Positions 1 through 20,202 are shown, counted from the first letter of the whole stretch. The stretch: 63,931 nucleotides of DNA, filler included, from Collodictyon triciliatum (GCA_043381765.1; 6 parts of 6 records of this genome joined end to end with filler, not necessarily neighbours in it), one strand, 5' to 3'. Numbers and translations: made by a program. Notes: generated from the letters alone by a model not told the origin.

Positions 1-193
1 TTTTGTTTGTTTTTTTGTTTGTTTTTTTGTTTGTTTTTTTGTTTGTTTTTTGTTTGTTTTTTGTTTGTTTTTTTGTTTGTTTTTTTGTTTGTTTTTTGTT
101 GTTTTTGTTGTTTTTGTTGTTTTTGTTGTTTTTGTTGTTTTTGTTGTTTTTGTTGTTTTTGTTGTTTTTTTGTTTTTTTGTTTTTTTTTGTTT

Positions 194-225
<32 letters not shown>
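1..225. repeat. T/G low-complexity microsatellite and poly-T at scaffold end
   Basis: (TTTG/TTTTTGTTG)n followed by poly-T, seen directly; it causes the F/V/C-rich spurious ORFs. Confidence 0.95.
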
Positions 226-227
<2 letters not shown>

Positions 228-249
228 TCTTCCTTTCAATTTTGCGCAG

Positions 250-336
250 GATGGTGAAGATGTTGGCTTTGGTTCGCTAGCCATTTTCTGCAAGGGACGC
301 TACTTGGGTGGAATCCCTCATGTTATCGCTTTATGA
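250..336 (+). CDS. Probable terminal exon of an unidentified gene (DGEDVGFGSLAIFCKGRYLGGIPHVIAL*)
   Basis: Long pyrimidine tract ending in ...gcgcag acceptor, then an ordinary-composition frame ending in TGA; convergent with NAT10. Product not recognised. Confidence 0.45.
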   Translation, partial: DGEDVGFGSLAIFCKGRYLGGIPHVIAL

Positions 337-555
337 AATAGGGTTTGATAGACAAGCATAAGAAGGAAAGATGAAAGCGTTCTTAAATGCTTTCTTTTAA
401 CCCTGATTTCTTATGGGCAGCCATCCAATTTCACATCAGAAAACAACCATCCCTTGCGTTCCTAATCATTATTCTAAATGGCCGCATAGTGGAGCGTTTT
501 TTTTTTCAAAATTTTTTTTTATTATTGTTTTGGCTAGTTCTCAGCGTTGGCGCCT

Positions 556-3500
556 TCAATACTTTTTCCCTTTGAAATTGCCTTTCTTTTGCTTGGCAGG
601 CTTGCCCTCGTCCGAGAGTCCATGACGCTTCTTCTCCTGAGTCACAGCCACGTGAAACATCAGGACAAATAAATGGAGCAGTCCCAAAACACCCCAAACA
701 AAAAGCAACAGTAACGCGCATTTCAATTGCGAAAAAGAAAGATTCAAGAAAAGAGAAGAAAAAGAGAAGTATCTCTTAAAGATATTTCCAAATAATTTTA
801 CTTACGCCACTACTCTTAATAGAGATAGATTGCGGTATGCTGGATTTCCCTATTCCTGCAGCGTCCCAATCTTCTTCGCGGCTGCGAATGGCAAATCTGT
901 AGTATATATGAAGGAAAACAAAAATGATTTTATTTGCAGATGAGAATGAGTATAACGCGATTCATCATAATTTTTTCTGTTCTTGAAGATTAGTATTTCT
1001 CATTTTGCCTTTGGAGCTCGCTTGGCATAAGGAGGGACTTCTGCTTCTCTTGAAGCTCCTTGTTGACAACAGCACTCCCAGCTGTGATTGCGCAATGAAA
1101 TTGATAAGCAATCAGATCAATAAAGCACACCTTGCTTCAACTATCTTTTTAATATAAAATACTAGGCATCGCTATAATGAAGTCATTCCATACCGTCCAG
1201 TTCATCATCAAGTGATTCTCTTAGAGGCTATGATGGTATTTGAAAGAAATACATTAAAATCACATGGTTGAATATAGTCCATGGTGTAATATATAATAGT
1301 AAATATGAACGCAGAGCACACACATTTAGCTCAACATCCTTCATTGGTGCAAGCGTTGCTTCGATGCTAGTTCCCACTGATGACTGTACAATTAAAATTA
1401 TATGAGTTCTTTGGAACCATCCATTTCTATTCTGATTCTTCGTCTTATCACATTATTACTCAAACACAAGATTATATTAGCAGTGATCAGAAGATACATC
1501 ATATTTGTGAAAATATTGCCTCGAGTGCATGGTTGAACTTTCGAGTAATCTTTTTAAACAGAGCAAGAATTTGGTTGACCGGAAGACCAAGGTTTTCCTG
1601 AATTAGCATATAAAAAATATGAACATCGGGTGGCGAATTTTCTTCTTGATTCAAGTTTTTCTTCATAATAAGAATATGAAAAAGGACAAGAATAAGGATA
1701 TGAATGAAGCTTCATAGTTAACTTCTACATTACAATATGCAGAAATACGCATATGTCAATCGCAACGATAAAGGAAATTTTCCTGCTGGATATCAACCCA
1801 TCAAACGTATAGTCGTATAATACCTGAATATCCTCGACTGTTCGATGCTGTAGACCCATTCCGAGTAAGATAGCAGACTGGACATAAGATAGCTGGAATA
1901 AAGCCGTTCAACGAAATCAGAAAAAATGCTGCAGTTTGTAAAGTCGCCATCTGTATTCCACATTATCTGTGAAAGAACACAACGATACTCGGTATAGACA
2001 TACATTCATGGAATATCTGCGGGAGAAGTAGTCGCGAGCCAAAGCTGGAAGCATATCCATGATGACATGATAGTCCACCAAGTCTCTTGCATATGCATCG
2101 AGTCTTTTGAGGTCGTACTTACTGAAACGAGCATCAATTTCATCACGTGTCATCTTACATTGTGACTCTCCCTTGTCTAATTCATATAGATTTTAATACA
2201 TACGACTGCTGGTGGTAGGGATAACTCAATTGACTCAAAGCATTTTTGACGATGTCAATAAAGAAATAAATAAATAGCTGATTACAAAAAAATACCATCT
2301 GGTTCGGAAGTAGATGAAGCGTCAATTACACTTAGGCACAGAGCCGCGGGTAGGGTAGAGAAGGAATACGACAGAAGCGAAAGAAACCGTGAATGGAAGT
2401 CTGGTAATACGAAGGGGAGTTAAAAGGTGAAAATAATCACCTAGGAAGAAAAACTTTCAGCGATTGTATAACCCTTTTTTTTTCATACCTTGGACAAAGG
2501 ACTCGAGCCAGTTTTGCTGTTTTAAAAGAGGAGAATATGGTTATTAAAATGATCTTATTTCGGCCATAAATCAAAAGCTGTGAATCCTCCGTTAATAAGG
2601 AAAAGGAATACATATATGAGGTATTTTTAAATCTTTGATAACAAAAAAAAATAAAAATAATAATAACATAGAAGATGACCTCGCAATTTGTGTCCAAATC
2701 ATCCGACTTTAGGCCGTTAATCATAATACAGGTGAATTCACCAGTCAACTCATTCTAAGGAATTTTTTTGTTTCCATTTTTCAGGGTAATTGGTACATTA
2801 ATAAAGACAAACTTAATAGTTGCTGTTATAAAATGATGTATTATAATGCATGAAGCTATTCTATACCTGGGTCTGGCGGACATACACTGGTGAATACGAA
2901 GCCTTCTTCCAGAAATTGTAAAGTGTTTGATTTAAGCCGTACCTGATATAGGTGAATGATGGTTAGGGTGCATCATCTTTGTCTTCAATATTGGCCATCG
3001 CCACAAATAAGTCCAAAAAAAAAAAAAGAAGAAGAAAAGAAAGAAGGGTAGAATCCATACTAATGATACTTACGCAACTCCGATGTAATGTAGCCTCTCA
3101 GGAACCCTTTCGTCTAATTTCTGTAGGAGAGGAGGGAGATTGCGTCGGGGTCGGACAATTTCCTCCAGTAAGCTCTCATCTTTCTCTTGGTCCTAATCAA
3201 ATAAAGAAAATGATGAAAACGGATGTTGTTGCTTTCTTTGTGAGATACATTCTCATGAGCAGAAATGAATGTCTCGAAAGAAGATAACCTTTTTTGATTT
3301 TGATGAACTCGGCCCAGCAACTGCCTTTTTTTTTTTAAAAAAAAAAAAATTAAATAAAATAGAACGATTATTTACTCTCCATAACCAATCGGTCTTCATA
3401 GATTCTACAACTTGAAGTCAAATTGTTCCAGATAAATTGAAAAAAAAAATTCACGACCCAAGAAATACTACTTTTGAATAAAAATGTTCGTATACTGCAA

Positions 3501-6500
3501 ACCTCTTGTGCTTCATCGAGGTTGGTGAGTTCACCCTGATAGTAAGCGGCTAGGAGGTCTAATGCACGCTTGCCGTATCCCATCTAACCAAAAAAATAAA
3601 ATAAATGGTATATATAGTTCAGCAACCTTCTTTTTATTTTTTAGAGCTGCTCATTTCTTCGTCGTTATATTTCTAGCAAACGACATCTCATCAGTACCCT
3701 GTTATAATTTGGATGAGTGGCTATGCGAACAACACGGGCCCCGGAAAGGCTGGCAAAATTGCTATCTTGATACTAGTATGAGAATGGAATCAAATGAGTC
3801 AACTTAGTCTGATCAGCTGGCTAGAAAAGAATAGAGGGTAAATGAAGAGTGTATTTCTGGATGCTGTTAAAAGATTAGAGTACTGAATTTGTGTCCTACG
3901 AAGGAGCTTTCATGGAAAATATATTTTGAGGAATAAGGAGGGAAAGGAGTACTTGTTGCGAAATTGTCCAGGGGATCAAGTCTCCGGACGCTCTTTGTCC
4001 TCGAGAAAGCGAATTAAGAACGGTATGACGAGATATTTTCCCTTCTAGGCAAACTTGAATAACGCAGAGTATATCGGGGATGGAGCTTTGTGAAGGATTG
4101 ACAGGGCCTGCATGCGGGGCCAGAGTAAGTCTATGTAAATCGAGGTGACACAGCACTGGAGATATTACATACCTAGCAGCACAAAGAGTTGATGAGCAGG
4201 CGCGTCTGATAGAAGTTGCAGATCATCAGGGGTGTTCTTATAGTGGCTGGATACGTATCTATTCGAAAAAGATATTTTCATTATATCAGTTATATATGTA
4301 GGCAGTCATAAAGATAGCTGAAATTGCTCTGATATTCTTTTTTTGGATACAAAGTTATTGTAAATTTATCCCTTTTTTTTTTATTTATTTATTTATCGTA
4401 TTTTATTCACTAACAGAGCCATCATGCGTTGTAAAAAGGCCTCAGACGCTTTGTGGTATGAGAAAAGAGCATCCCGATCAACGTAGTATCTTTTCGATTT
4501 TGTAAAGTTTAGAATAAGAAAGAGGCATTTTACAACGAATTAAAGGATTATGAAAGAAAACCACAATTATTGCAATGAGCAAGGACAAGCTATGTGTCTG
4601 AGTTTATACAGTTCGCACGACGATGGGTGAGGACAGCCTCCAGATATCCTGGGAATCAGATTTGTTGCATCAAGACATAATATATCGTATAGCCATCTCT
4701 CAATGCGGTCTCCTGGTCTGTAGCGGATAGGTTCGTTAAGCTCAATCTCACGCAAGAGACGAGCTATTTTTAATTTAATTGAAGACTAAGTTTACAGCTT
4801 AGTTATTTCGAAAAAGTAAAGAACAAAAGCAAATCAAAAGAAGGAAGCAGAATATCAACCAATTTTTTCACTAACTCACAAGACAACAAAAATGATAATT
4901 AAATTCATTTACATAGAATATAAATATGAATAGAATAACAAACATCCAGCAGATGTCTGAACAGATGACCCGTCCGATGCAGTAGACGAAGTACTTTTTT
5001 CCCGAAGTTGCTGAATCAGCTTCAACGACAAGGAACGACCAGTACCTTCATATCTACATTGTTCCGTTTAATTTACAAATGTGTTATTGTAGAATCAAAA
5101 TTCTGGTGACCTGGCGTCTAATTTAATCAATAAAGAAATGAAACCCGTTTATAGTCGAGGCCATAAAGACAAGGTATGGACCCATCAGGTTTTTAACCAG
5201 TGGCAAGGGAATGGCAGCAGCCTATTATTATGATGAATTCTGTAATTGATTCTCCTACTTTTTGTCTATTTCTTTTTTTTTTTATTGAAAAATATCAGGT
5301 TAACAAAGAGCCAAGTCCCTTTCGTAATAGGTGATTATTCTACAAAGTAACCTCTTACTTCATCAATCACAACAAGCTCGGCCTGACCCAACTTTAAGTG
5401 GTCTTGTGGTTGAATATACTGCAAGAGTATGATTGATTTCGTATGACTAAGATTAAAGCTATTCAAATCGGAGAATATATAAAAGAGCGATTCAAAGTCT
5501 TTCAAAGAATTTAAAGAAAGATAGTCGGTTAGTAAATGCATACATATAAACATATGAGAGGAAAATCGGTTGGTCTCGTTACGATTATTACTTGAATAGT
5601 TTGCCTATGTGACCGGAAGATGTTGACCCGAACGACAGCCTTGTTAAACTCAGGATTTGTTGACTGGACGAGTTCATAATCCAAGTGTTCCTGTAAATTT
5701 TTATTGGTGGTGGCTATTGTTAGAACCCGCTCCCTTAAATCTCTTAAATAGCGCGGTGTAAATCGGGGGAAACTAAATAGGATTTCTCTTTCAAAAAATC
5801 AAGTAAAAATTGGTAATGTGTTAAAAATAAGAGAAAAATAAGAGAAAAATAAGAGAAAAATAAGAGAAAAATAAGAGAAAAATAAGAGAAAAATAAGAGG
5901 AAATGATTCAATTTTATTCTTACTTGGTAATCTAGGGCGTCAAATCCTTTGAATATAAACTCAAATAAAGTTCTCAAGTTCTCAGGTGATGGAGAAGTTA
6001 CAAATATATTTGAATAACTACATATCATGTTCAAGAAAATTGAATCGATGATTAGATAAACTAAAAGCTGATGTACATACAGGTAAAAAAAAAAATTAAT
6101 TCAGATAAATCTTGCCCATATGCTACAGCTGCTGCAATTGACACTCCCAGAGCGGCTGATTTACCACGCCCACGTGCTGCAGTCAGTGTGACCTGGCCGA
6201 CAAAACAACGCAAAATTTTAGTAGACAGGTATAGTTTAAGTGCCGAAGCGGTTGGTGTGATTGGCAAATTCTAGAATAGTAAGGATATTCAAAATCGAAT
6301 ATGAATAGAAGTTTAGAAAGAATTACAGTGTTCCTGAGGGTTTTTTCGGAAATCGCCTCAGCAAAAGTAAGAATAGCCTTTGCCTGTAAATTATGGCGTT
6401 AGGGTCAGATCACATTTTGTCTCTAAAGATGAAGCGCCTGCACAAAATAACGACTGAAGTTATAGTCATGAGGAATACCTGATCTATGGTCTTTGCAGTT

Positions 6501-8143
6501 GCCACCAAACTTCCGATTGGCTGCGTGTCTCGAAGCGATTCTTTGAGTTCCTTGAGCTCCTCCGAGTCTCCTTCAGCGACCTCGTTTGTTATGTTTGGAT
6601 TGAGTTAATTTTTTATTCTTGTTGCGGCTAATTTTTTTTTTTTTTAGATAAATGAATGACTCCTAATTTATGCATATCTATTTCACTTTAAAAAGGAAAA
6701 GTTTCGGGAGAAAAAAAATCGGATACGACGAATAGTTCTTACTAGTTCTGTTACTGGCTCAATCTTGAGGGATGCAGATGAAATGGGAAGGATGTTTAAC
6801 TCGTCATCTACATCAAACCATGAGCGGTAATTAATAAGTTGTTACAGATGTTTATCTTATATTTTAAAAAAACGTCTGATGGAAGTGGCATCTTGAAAAT
6901 TATATAAAGTCATACCCAGAACCAAACAATCGCTGCATGAGCTGAGAGAAAGAATAAATCTTTCATTGAATCTTGCAACAACATCCTGATGGGCTTCAGT
7001 TCTCATTCTATCGTGAACATCCTACGTGTGTATCAATTTAACTATTTGAATATTAAACCTAATATATCATACATTTGTTATGCTTGCTTTTCTTCCTCGA
7101 GGAGTTTTCTTAATATGAAATAGCATTAAAACAAGCACACATTAGTGTTACCATAGACATGGAGTAGAGCTGTTTCAAAGATTTCATCGTGCGCAGAAGC
7201 AACACAATAATACCCCCTCCTTCAACCGTTTCCATTGTTCTGGCAAGAATACTGGGCGTTATAGCCTCGAAATCCTTGGAAATAGTTTGCGTATTTTAGA
7301 TGGGTACTTAATCCCTTATTTGAAGATAAAGGAAGATAGAGAAGACGATATTTCAAACAATTCATTTATTCCATTAAAGAGTCAGTACTTTGTACCTCAG
7401 TTGTATTTACAAGTACTTGTATTTTGGTTTTATCATCATCGTTAATTTTTGTAAATATACTGAATACAATTTTGAGAGCTCAATCACCTGCAAAACACAC
7501 ATTCCAAAAGTGTTTCCAAGGATCTTCTGAGTTTCAGAGTAGTAGCAGTACCGAATCGTGGTCGAAGAAATGAATAATTCGAATGGGTCATCTTGGTTGG
7601 GGTCAAGCAAGCCTTTCTTGACCATTTTCTTTATTTGCTCAGCTCTCTTTCTTCGATGACTGGGAGACAAATAAACAAATAAACAAAAAGATTAATAAAA
7701 ATTAGATGGAATAAGGATACTGAATACACTTTAATCGTATGGTGCTATGTAATCAAAAGTGCCCAGCAACGAACCTTGTGAAACCTAGTTCCTTCTTGTA
7801 GCACCATAAGACAGACGGACGACTACGAACGACAGTTTTCGAAAGGATGTAGTGAAGATTGACCACCTGAAAAACAAAGAGATGTAAATGGGTGTCTTTG
7901 TGGAGCTTTCTTCAAGAATCAAGGCCTAACTGCAACATACAAGGATTATTCTCAGAGGGTAGATAAGTACTATGGGTAAAGTGGAGCGAAAGAAGTTTGC
8001 AAAAAGCGCGAAACGGTCACATATGAGTCCTTCCTTACTTGCTCCTTTCCGCGATCCCCAACTATGACAAAAAAGCTGCGATGATGCAACTTGACGCAGT
8101 TTTCGATGAGTGTTCGGATGCGGCTATCGACTTTCTTTTTCAT
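556..8143 (-). CDS. NAT10: RNA cytidine acetyltransferase NAT10/Kre33, complete and multi-exon
   Basis: Spliced frame MKKKVDSRIRTLIENCVKLHHRSFFVIVGDRGKEQ/VVNLHY..., Walker A TAARGRGKSAALG, LVVIDEAAAIP, STINGYEGTGRSLSLKL, GNAT region SGARVVRIATHPNYNRMGYGKRAL, Lys-rich C-terminus ...KKGNFKGKKY* at 556. Confidence 0.97.
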
Positions 8144-9141
8144 TTCCTTCGAGAAAACCTAGGCAATAGACTAGAGAAAAAAAAGGAAAGAGAGAAAAAA
8201 CAAGGCTTGTGAGTCTGGCGGCCCGCACAAAGAAGTGCTTCGCAGTCACTTATCAGCCTATTTTGGCATCGCAGCAAAATGGTGGGAAGGAAAAGCGGAA
8301 GATACGACTGATCTTTGGGATCGTATTGTTCGGAAAGGCTGCTCAGCCTGTTCGCACGTCTTTGAAGTCTTGCTTGTAGTTTACTCGGGATTTGCGGGCA
8401 GGTAAAAAAGAACGACGCTAAGCAACAAGACCATGAAACAAAAACAAATCAAAAAACCCACCTGTGTGGTCTTTTCCAGAATAGGTATATATTCGGTGTA
8501 ATAGGCTTTGGCAGGCGGTTGTGATAGAACCACGGAAGGGTTTTCTGCAAATTGTCCGAGCTCGGCGCTGCACAAGACAAGACAAGGCAATACAATACAA
8601 TACAAGACAAGACAAGACAAGACAACACACAACAGAGATGCAGATGCAAATACCCTTCAAAAATGTATTGTCCAATCACACGATTTCATAATTCGTGGGT
8701 GCAATTCATTTAATGGGCGAACTTTTTTCTTTCAAGCCAGGTAAAATCCGGACGAGTTGCGAATCGCAAGCAGAATCTTTTCCTTCATTTCAACATCCGT
8801 GGGATATGGACGAAGCTTCAACAAATTTGTACGGGTGAGGCCTTCTTGATTTGCCCCAATTCATTTAAACTCCAGAAAGTGAGTCAGTGATAGCGAGGTG
8901 GTTGGGTGGGCGACCCAACTGATTGATTTGTTACGTGGGTAGCAGGGGTTGGATGTGTTGTGGGAGATATCTCACGACATATTCCCACATCTCTCTTCGC
9001 TTGCGGTCAGAGTAGCGAAGAATGCGAGCGTGTTTCAGCAGGCTGTTCGGGAAGCTATATTGCAAGAGGCTCTCAAGCCTGGATACATTGATTTCTCGTT
9101 CGGGCGAATCATTAGAGCGAGAGAATGCCCGCACACCCCAA

Positions 9142-10915
9142 GGAAAGTTCATCTATATAAACATATTCTTGGGTTTTTTTTTATTATCTGAATCTTGAAT
9201 TTGAAATACCTATCTTTTCAAACGATAATGACACCGCCAAGCCGTCTGTTTGTAACATGTATTTAAAATTCTAGTATCTTTGATGAAAGACCCTCTTCTT
9301 CATTTCAAAGAAATCATCCCATAGGGTCTCTTTTCATCCTGAGATATTCTTCAGTAATGTTTTTCTAGACAATACTAATAGACCTATCAAACGTGCAGTA
9401 TCTTGAGTAATATGACATGGTACATAATTAGTTCTTTTAAAGATTGGTTGTAGCAGTTTGGTTCCAATGTCCTCAAAAATGCGATTCATGTAAATCAGAC
9501 ATGGTATGTACTTATTTGAATTGACTTCGATGTCATATTCGATACTATTTACAATATCGCTAGGAATGATGTGATGCAAAGCGTTATACCCCATTCTTCG
9601 TATTGTTCCGGTATTTCGAGTTTCTTGAAGATGGTTTTTTTTTAACTTTCGTAACCCTGTCTTTTTAATAGCTTCCGTAATATTCTCATCTTTAGGAACC
9701 GTTTGATTTATAAAGCGCAGCAAACTCTTTTCAAAATGCTCCTTAATGTTATTATGATAAGCTGTTAACATTTACTTTGCCAAGTACGGTAGTACACGAG
9801 ACAGTCTAACCAACATAAAGCGTTCTTCTCGGGACAAAAGGAATCGAAAATCATTGAGATAAAAAGTCATCAGTCAAATCTCATATATGGATGTTTTAAT
9901 CTTGCGAGTCTATCTTATGAAACTATTCCGACTATCTTAAAAACGCACAAAAAAGAAACATTTTATCGATTGTTGAGACTTGTTGTGATTTCAATGTGTC
10001 ACATCTTGCAAACAGATAAGTGTCGGTAACCAAATTATGACACAATATAACCGTATCGTTGATTTTGTCATAGTCATCCGCATTCTTTACAATCGACTTT
10101 AGAGATGCTTTCACATTTCAATGGCCTGGTTTTCCGGACTTAAGATTCCTAGACTCAAGACGTTTCTTTTCTTCATGTGAAAGTCTTTGTTTTACTTTTT
10201 TTTTCTTTTAGAAAACTACCAAGTTCTCAATTTAATAAAACCTTAGTCAATCAGCCAATTTAATGAAAGAAAAAAAGAAAAACTGCATAAAATCAATTTA
10301 TGTAAAATTAAGCATCTACCGAGACTCTCAAAATGTGCGCATTGCGGCAAACAAACACACAAAGTTTTTTTTTTTTTTTACAAGTGATTTTTGGACAAAA
10401 CGCTGAGAGCCGATTCGGCGAGTTCGAAAGGACGGCCGTATAGCCATTGCGACTGAAAGTCAACATATCGGCCCCAAACAACATGATTACCGATGCAAGT
10501 GTGGATAGTATGCTTTTTTGATATGCATGTTTGGTGGCAGTTTTACAGGGTGGGTTCTATCTGGGCCAAGGAAACGGCTTGTTTGTATTTTTTGAATTTT
10601 TGAGTTTTAATATAACATAAATGAAAATAAAATATAAATTGATTACAGGAATAGTATGAGATTGTTAAGTATTTTTAACCTTACTATGTATACTAATCAC
10701 ACTATTATATTATTCAGGTTGTTTCTTGGATTCGTCAAGGCTCCTGCTTTGTCAATCCAGATTTAATTCTATGGTTGTCTGTGCTATAAATTGCTATATA
10801 TGTGCACACTTTCGTTGCATAAAAAGTGTTGTGCTTAGAAGGGATAAAACCAAGTTCATCGCAACCTTTGTAATGAAGTTAACGCATTTACAGGCTGAAT
10901 GAGACCGAAGAGAAA
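9142..10915 (-). mobile_element. Fanzor element copy A, 3'-truncated and pseudogenised (no RuvC part)
   Basis: Reverse complement aligns continuously by eye with 40900-42788. ATG at 10176. Fragments KASLKSIVKNADDYDKINDTV and MLTAYHNNIKEHF...LLRFINQ. Homology stops after ..EYVYIDELS at about 9142. Confidence 0.9.
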
Positions 10916-11385
10916 ATAAAAAGGAAAAAGGAAAAAGGAAAAAGAAAAGAGAAAGAGAAATAGGATAAAAGAAATAAGATAAAGGAAAGAGGAAAAAGGA
11001 ATAGAAAAAGAAACGGATGAACGAATCAGAGCAACTAATACAGAGCACTATACACATACTTATCTTGTTGCCCGTTGGTCGATGGCTAGAGTTCAATAGG
11101 TCTTTTTTTATTCCCCTTTATTACTATTTTTTTCAATGAGCCCGCTCCGTCTTATTAGTAGGTTGTTGACTCACGGGTCGGTGGCAGCTGGCGTCTTGGT
11201 CGTCGGTGTGTCTCGGTGCATAACCTGTTGTTAAGGATGTAGTCAAGTGACCTTTTCGCTCTCTGCGTTGGCTGCGTCGGCCTTCACGGTTTGCGTACGA
11301 TCAGTAGGCATTCCTTAGGGCAGGGCTGTGGCGCCGATCTCGTCCTTCTCGGGGATCCCTCTTTCCGATCGTGTTTTTTTTTTTC

Positions 11386-11485
11386 NNNNNNNNNNNNNNN
11401 NNNNNNNNNNNNNNNNNNNNNNNNNNNNNTTAATTAATTAANNNNNNNNNNNNNNNNNNNNNNNNNNNNNNNNNNNNNNNNNNNN
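11386..11485. other. Artificial scaffold spacer N44-TTAATTAATTAA-N44
   Basis: Exactly 100 nt with stops in all six frames. Identical spacers at 22843-22942, 34291-34390, 45734-45833 and 57168-57267. Confidence 0.97.
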
Positions 11486-11620
11486 AAACAAGAATAAAAA
11501 AACAAGGATAAAAAAACAAGGATAAAAAAACAAGGATAAAAAAACAAGGATAAAAAAACAAGGATAAAAAAACAAGGATAAAAAAACAAGGATAAAAAAA
11601 CAAGGATAAAAAAAACCAAG
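11486..11620. repeat. (AAAAAAACAAGGAT)n 14-nt tandem repeat at scaffold end
   Basis: Seen directly. Confidence 0.9.
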
Positions 11621-11683
11621 AATAATAAGAAATCATTTGGTCAAAATATAAAAATTAAAGTGAATGAAAGAATCCCGACTAAC

Positions 11684-12759
11684 CTTTAACGGAAGTACAT
11701 CAACATTCTGATTTCCAAAGTAGCACAATTTTTTTCCATTCAAATCAAGCATTTTCCCCTTCATAATACTGAAGAGAAAATAAGAATCAATTCAATTTTA
11801 AGCCAACAGAATATATAATGACTTTAAGAGACACATAAAAATTCTTCACATTATATATTAATATTAAACAGTAATATGAAAAGTTCATTTCTATCTTTTT
11901 GGAGAGATACACTTTTGACTCTGATATATAATAAAGTACCCATTACTAGCCGCAGTATCGGATTGCTTGTAGGGGTTTCCATTATAATCCCAATCTCCAT
12001 TTGAAACTTTCTCATCATAAAATTTATTTGCTCGGACAGAATGGAAAACTCCGATCTGTTTTGAAGGCGGGGTTAAAACCTCTTTTGTTTTTATCAAATA
12101 CAAATAATTGCAACAAAAGCATGAAATTAATAATAATAAAAGGATAATATTTGATAAAATGTTTCAACTAGAGAAAAAAATACCGTAAAGTTTTCTATAT
12201 TTGCAATATAATGCTCATTTTTAGATAGAGTGGAAAAGGGATAGTAGCAGTTATTGGTTTTTGGGTCGCATTTGTATTCCTGAAAACAAATTAAATACAG
12301 TCAAACAAAAAAGAACATCACTGATGAAATTGATTGCTAAAATTACATGAGTAGTTAAGGGACGCAAGATGATAAATTATTTACCTGAAAAGTGACTGTG
12401 TTGGATGTTGTGACAAATATCGCATTAGGCATGTCTGCCGGATAACTATTATGATGAAATGTATCATTGATGAATCATCAATACAAGACAGATTCAACGA
12501 AATCAATAATTGTAGAAGCAAAAGAAGAAAAAGGCGCTAATAAAAAAAAACCTAAATAGTAAAAATGATAGTAAACATGATAATAGCAAAAATAAAGAGG
12601 TATTAACACTCACACAACTGCCTGCCAATCAGCATATTCACAGGGGATAGTACTCGAACTATTGATTGACTGACTGCAATACATCAGATTTGATATGTCA
12701 CTTCTGACAGCTGTATATCCACACTGATTCAGGTCACCAGAGAGTCCAGATGCAGACGG
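11684..12759 (-). CDS. P2X purinoceptor-like channel, ectodomain exons (partial at both ends)
   Basis: Five in-frame GT-AG exons: ...LMYCSQSINSSSTIPCEYADWQAVVYPADMPNAIFVTT...CYYPF...HYIANIENFTIGVFHSV...MKGKMLDLNG. This matches the protist/Dictyostelium P2X pattern C.YWD...VYP...FITT...YIANVENFT...H. Confidence 0.8.
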
Positions 12760-13107
12760 CTTCGTTGAAGTAACAATAAATTAATAAAAAAACAAANNNN
12801 NNNNNNNNNNNNNNNNNNNNNNNNNNNNNNNNNNNNNNNNNNNNNNNNNNNNNNNNNNNNNNNNNNNNNNNNNNNNNNNNNNNNNNNNNNNNNNNNNNNN
12901 NNNNNNNNNNNNNNNNNNNNNNNNNNNNNNNNNNNNNNNNNNNNNNNNNNNNNNNNNNNNNNNNNNNNNNNNNNNNNNNNNNNNNNNNNNNNNNNNNNNN
13001 NNNNNNNNNNNNNNNNNNNNNNNNNNNNNNNNNNNNNNNNNNNNNNNNNNNNNNNNNNNNNNNNNNNNNNNNNNNNNNNNNNNNNNNNNNNNNNNNNNNN
13101 NNNNNNN

Positions 13108-19592
<6,485 letters not shown>

Positions 19593-20202
19593 TGAAGCAC
19601 TGCATTGTCAAGCTGAAGTGTGATGTTGGATATCAGAACATCTATCCACTTGACTCGTCATCAACCTTATATTTATTGTTTTCAATTGTGGGATGGATGT
19701 ATCTTTTTTCTTCTCCAATCTATATGTCTATTTTCTACACAATATGTTATTATCTATGACTTATTTCCATAGAGGCCTTCAATCTATCAAATCAACTTTT
19801 TCAACATGTTCCATTTGCTCTGTGCTATTAGATTATTCCAATAAATCCTGATGTATGGAAAAAAAAAAAAGCTCTTTGAAGCTGGTTGATTCATATCATC
19901 TTCAACAATCTTTTGTATATTATGCTTCCTCTTTTTCTTTTCTTTTCGCTGCTTTGAGGCTTCCAATTCTTGGGGCGTCAGGTCGAAACAGAGCAGAAGA
20001 GCCTTTCGTGGCTAGTCATCGGATTCATTTGCAAGCACGTTGTTCGGTGTTCTTTTATTTTTCTTTCTCTCTTTCTCATTGTGCGTGATTTTATAAAAGA
20101 ATGCCAAAAGAAACCCTGCTAACCGATCTTCATGCGGCACATATTAGCGATTTGCTTGTGTCTCTCTCACTAAACCAGAAAGAACAACATTAACAGAAAT
20201 AC

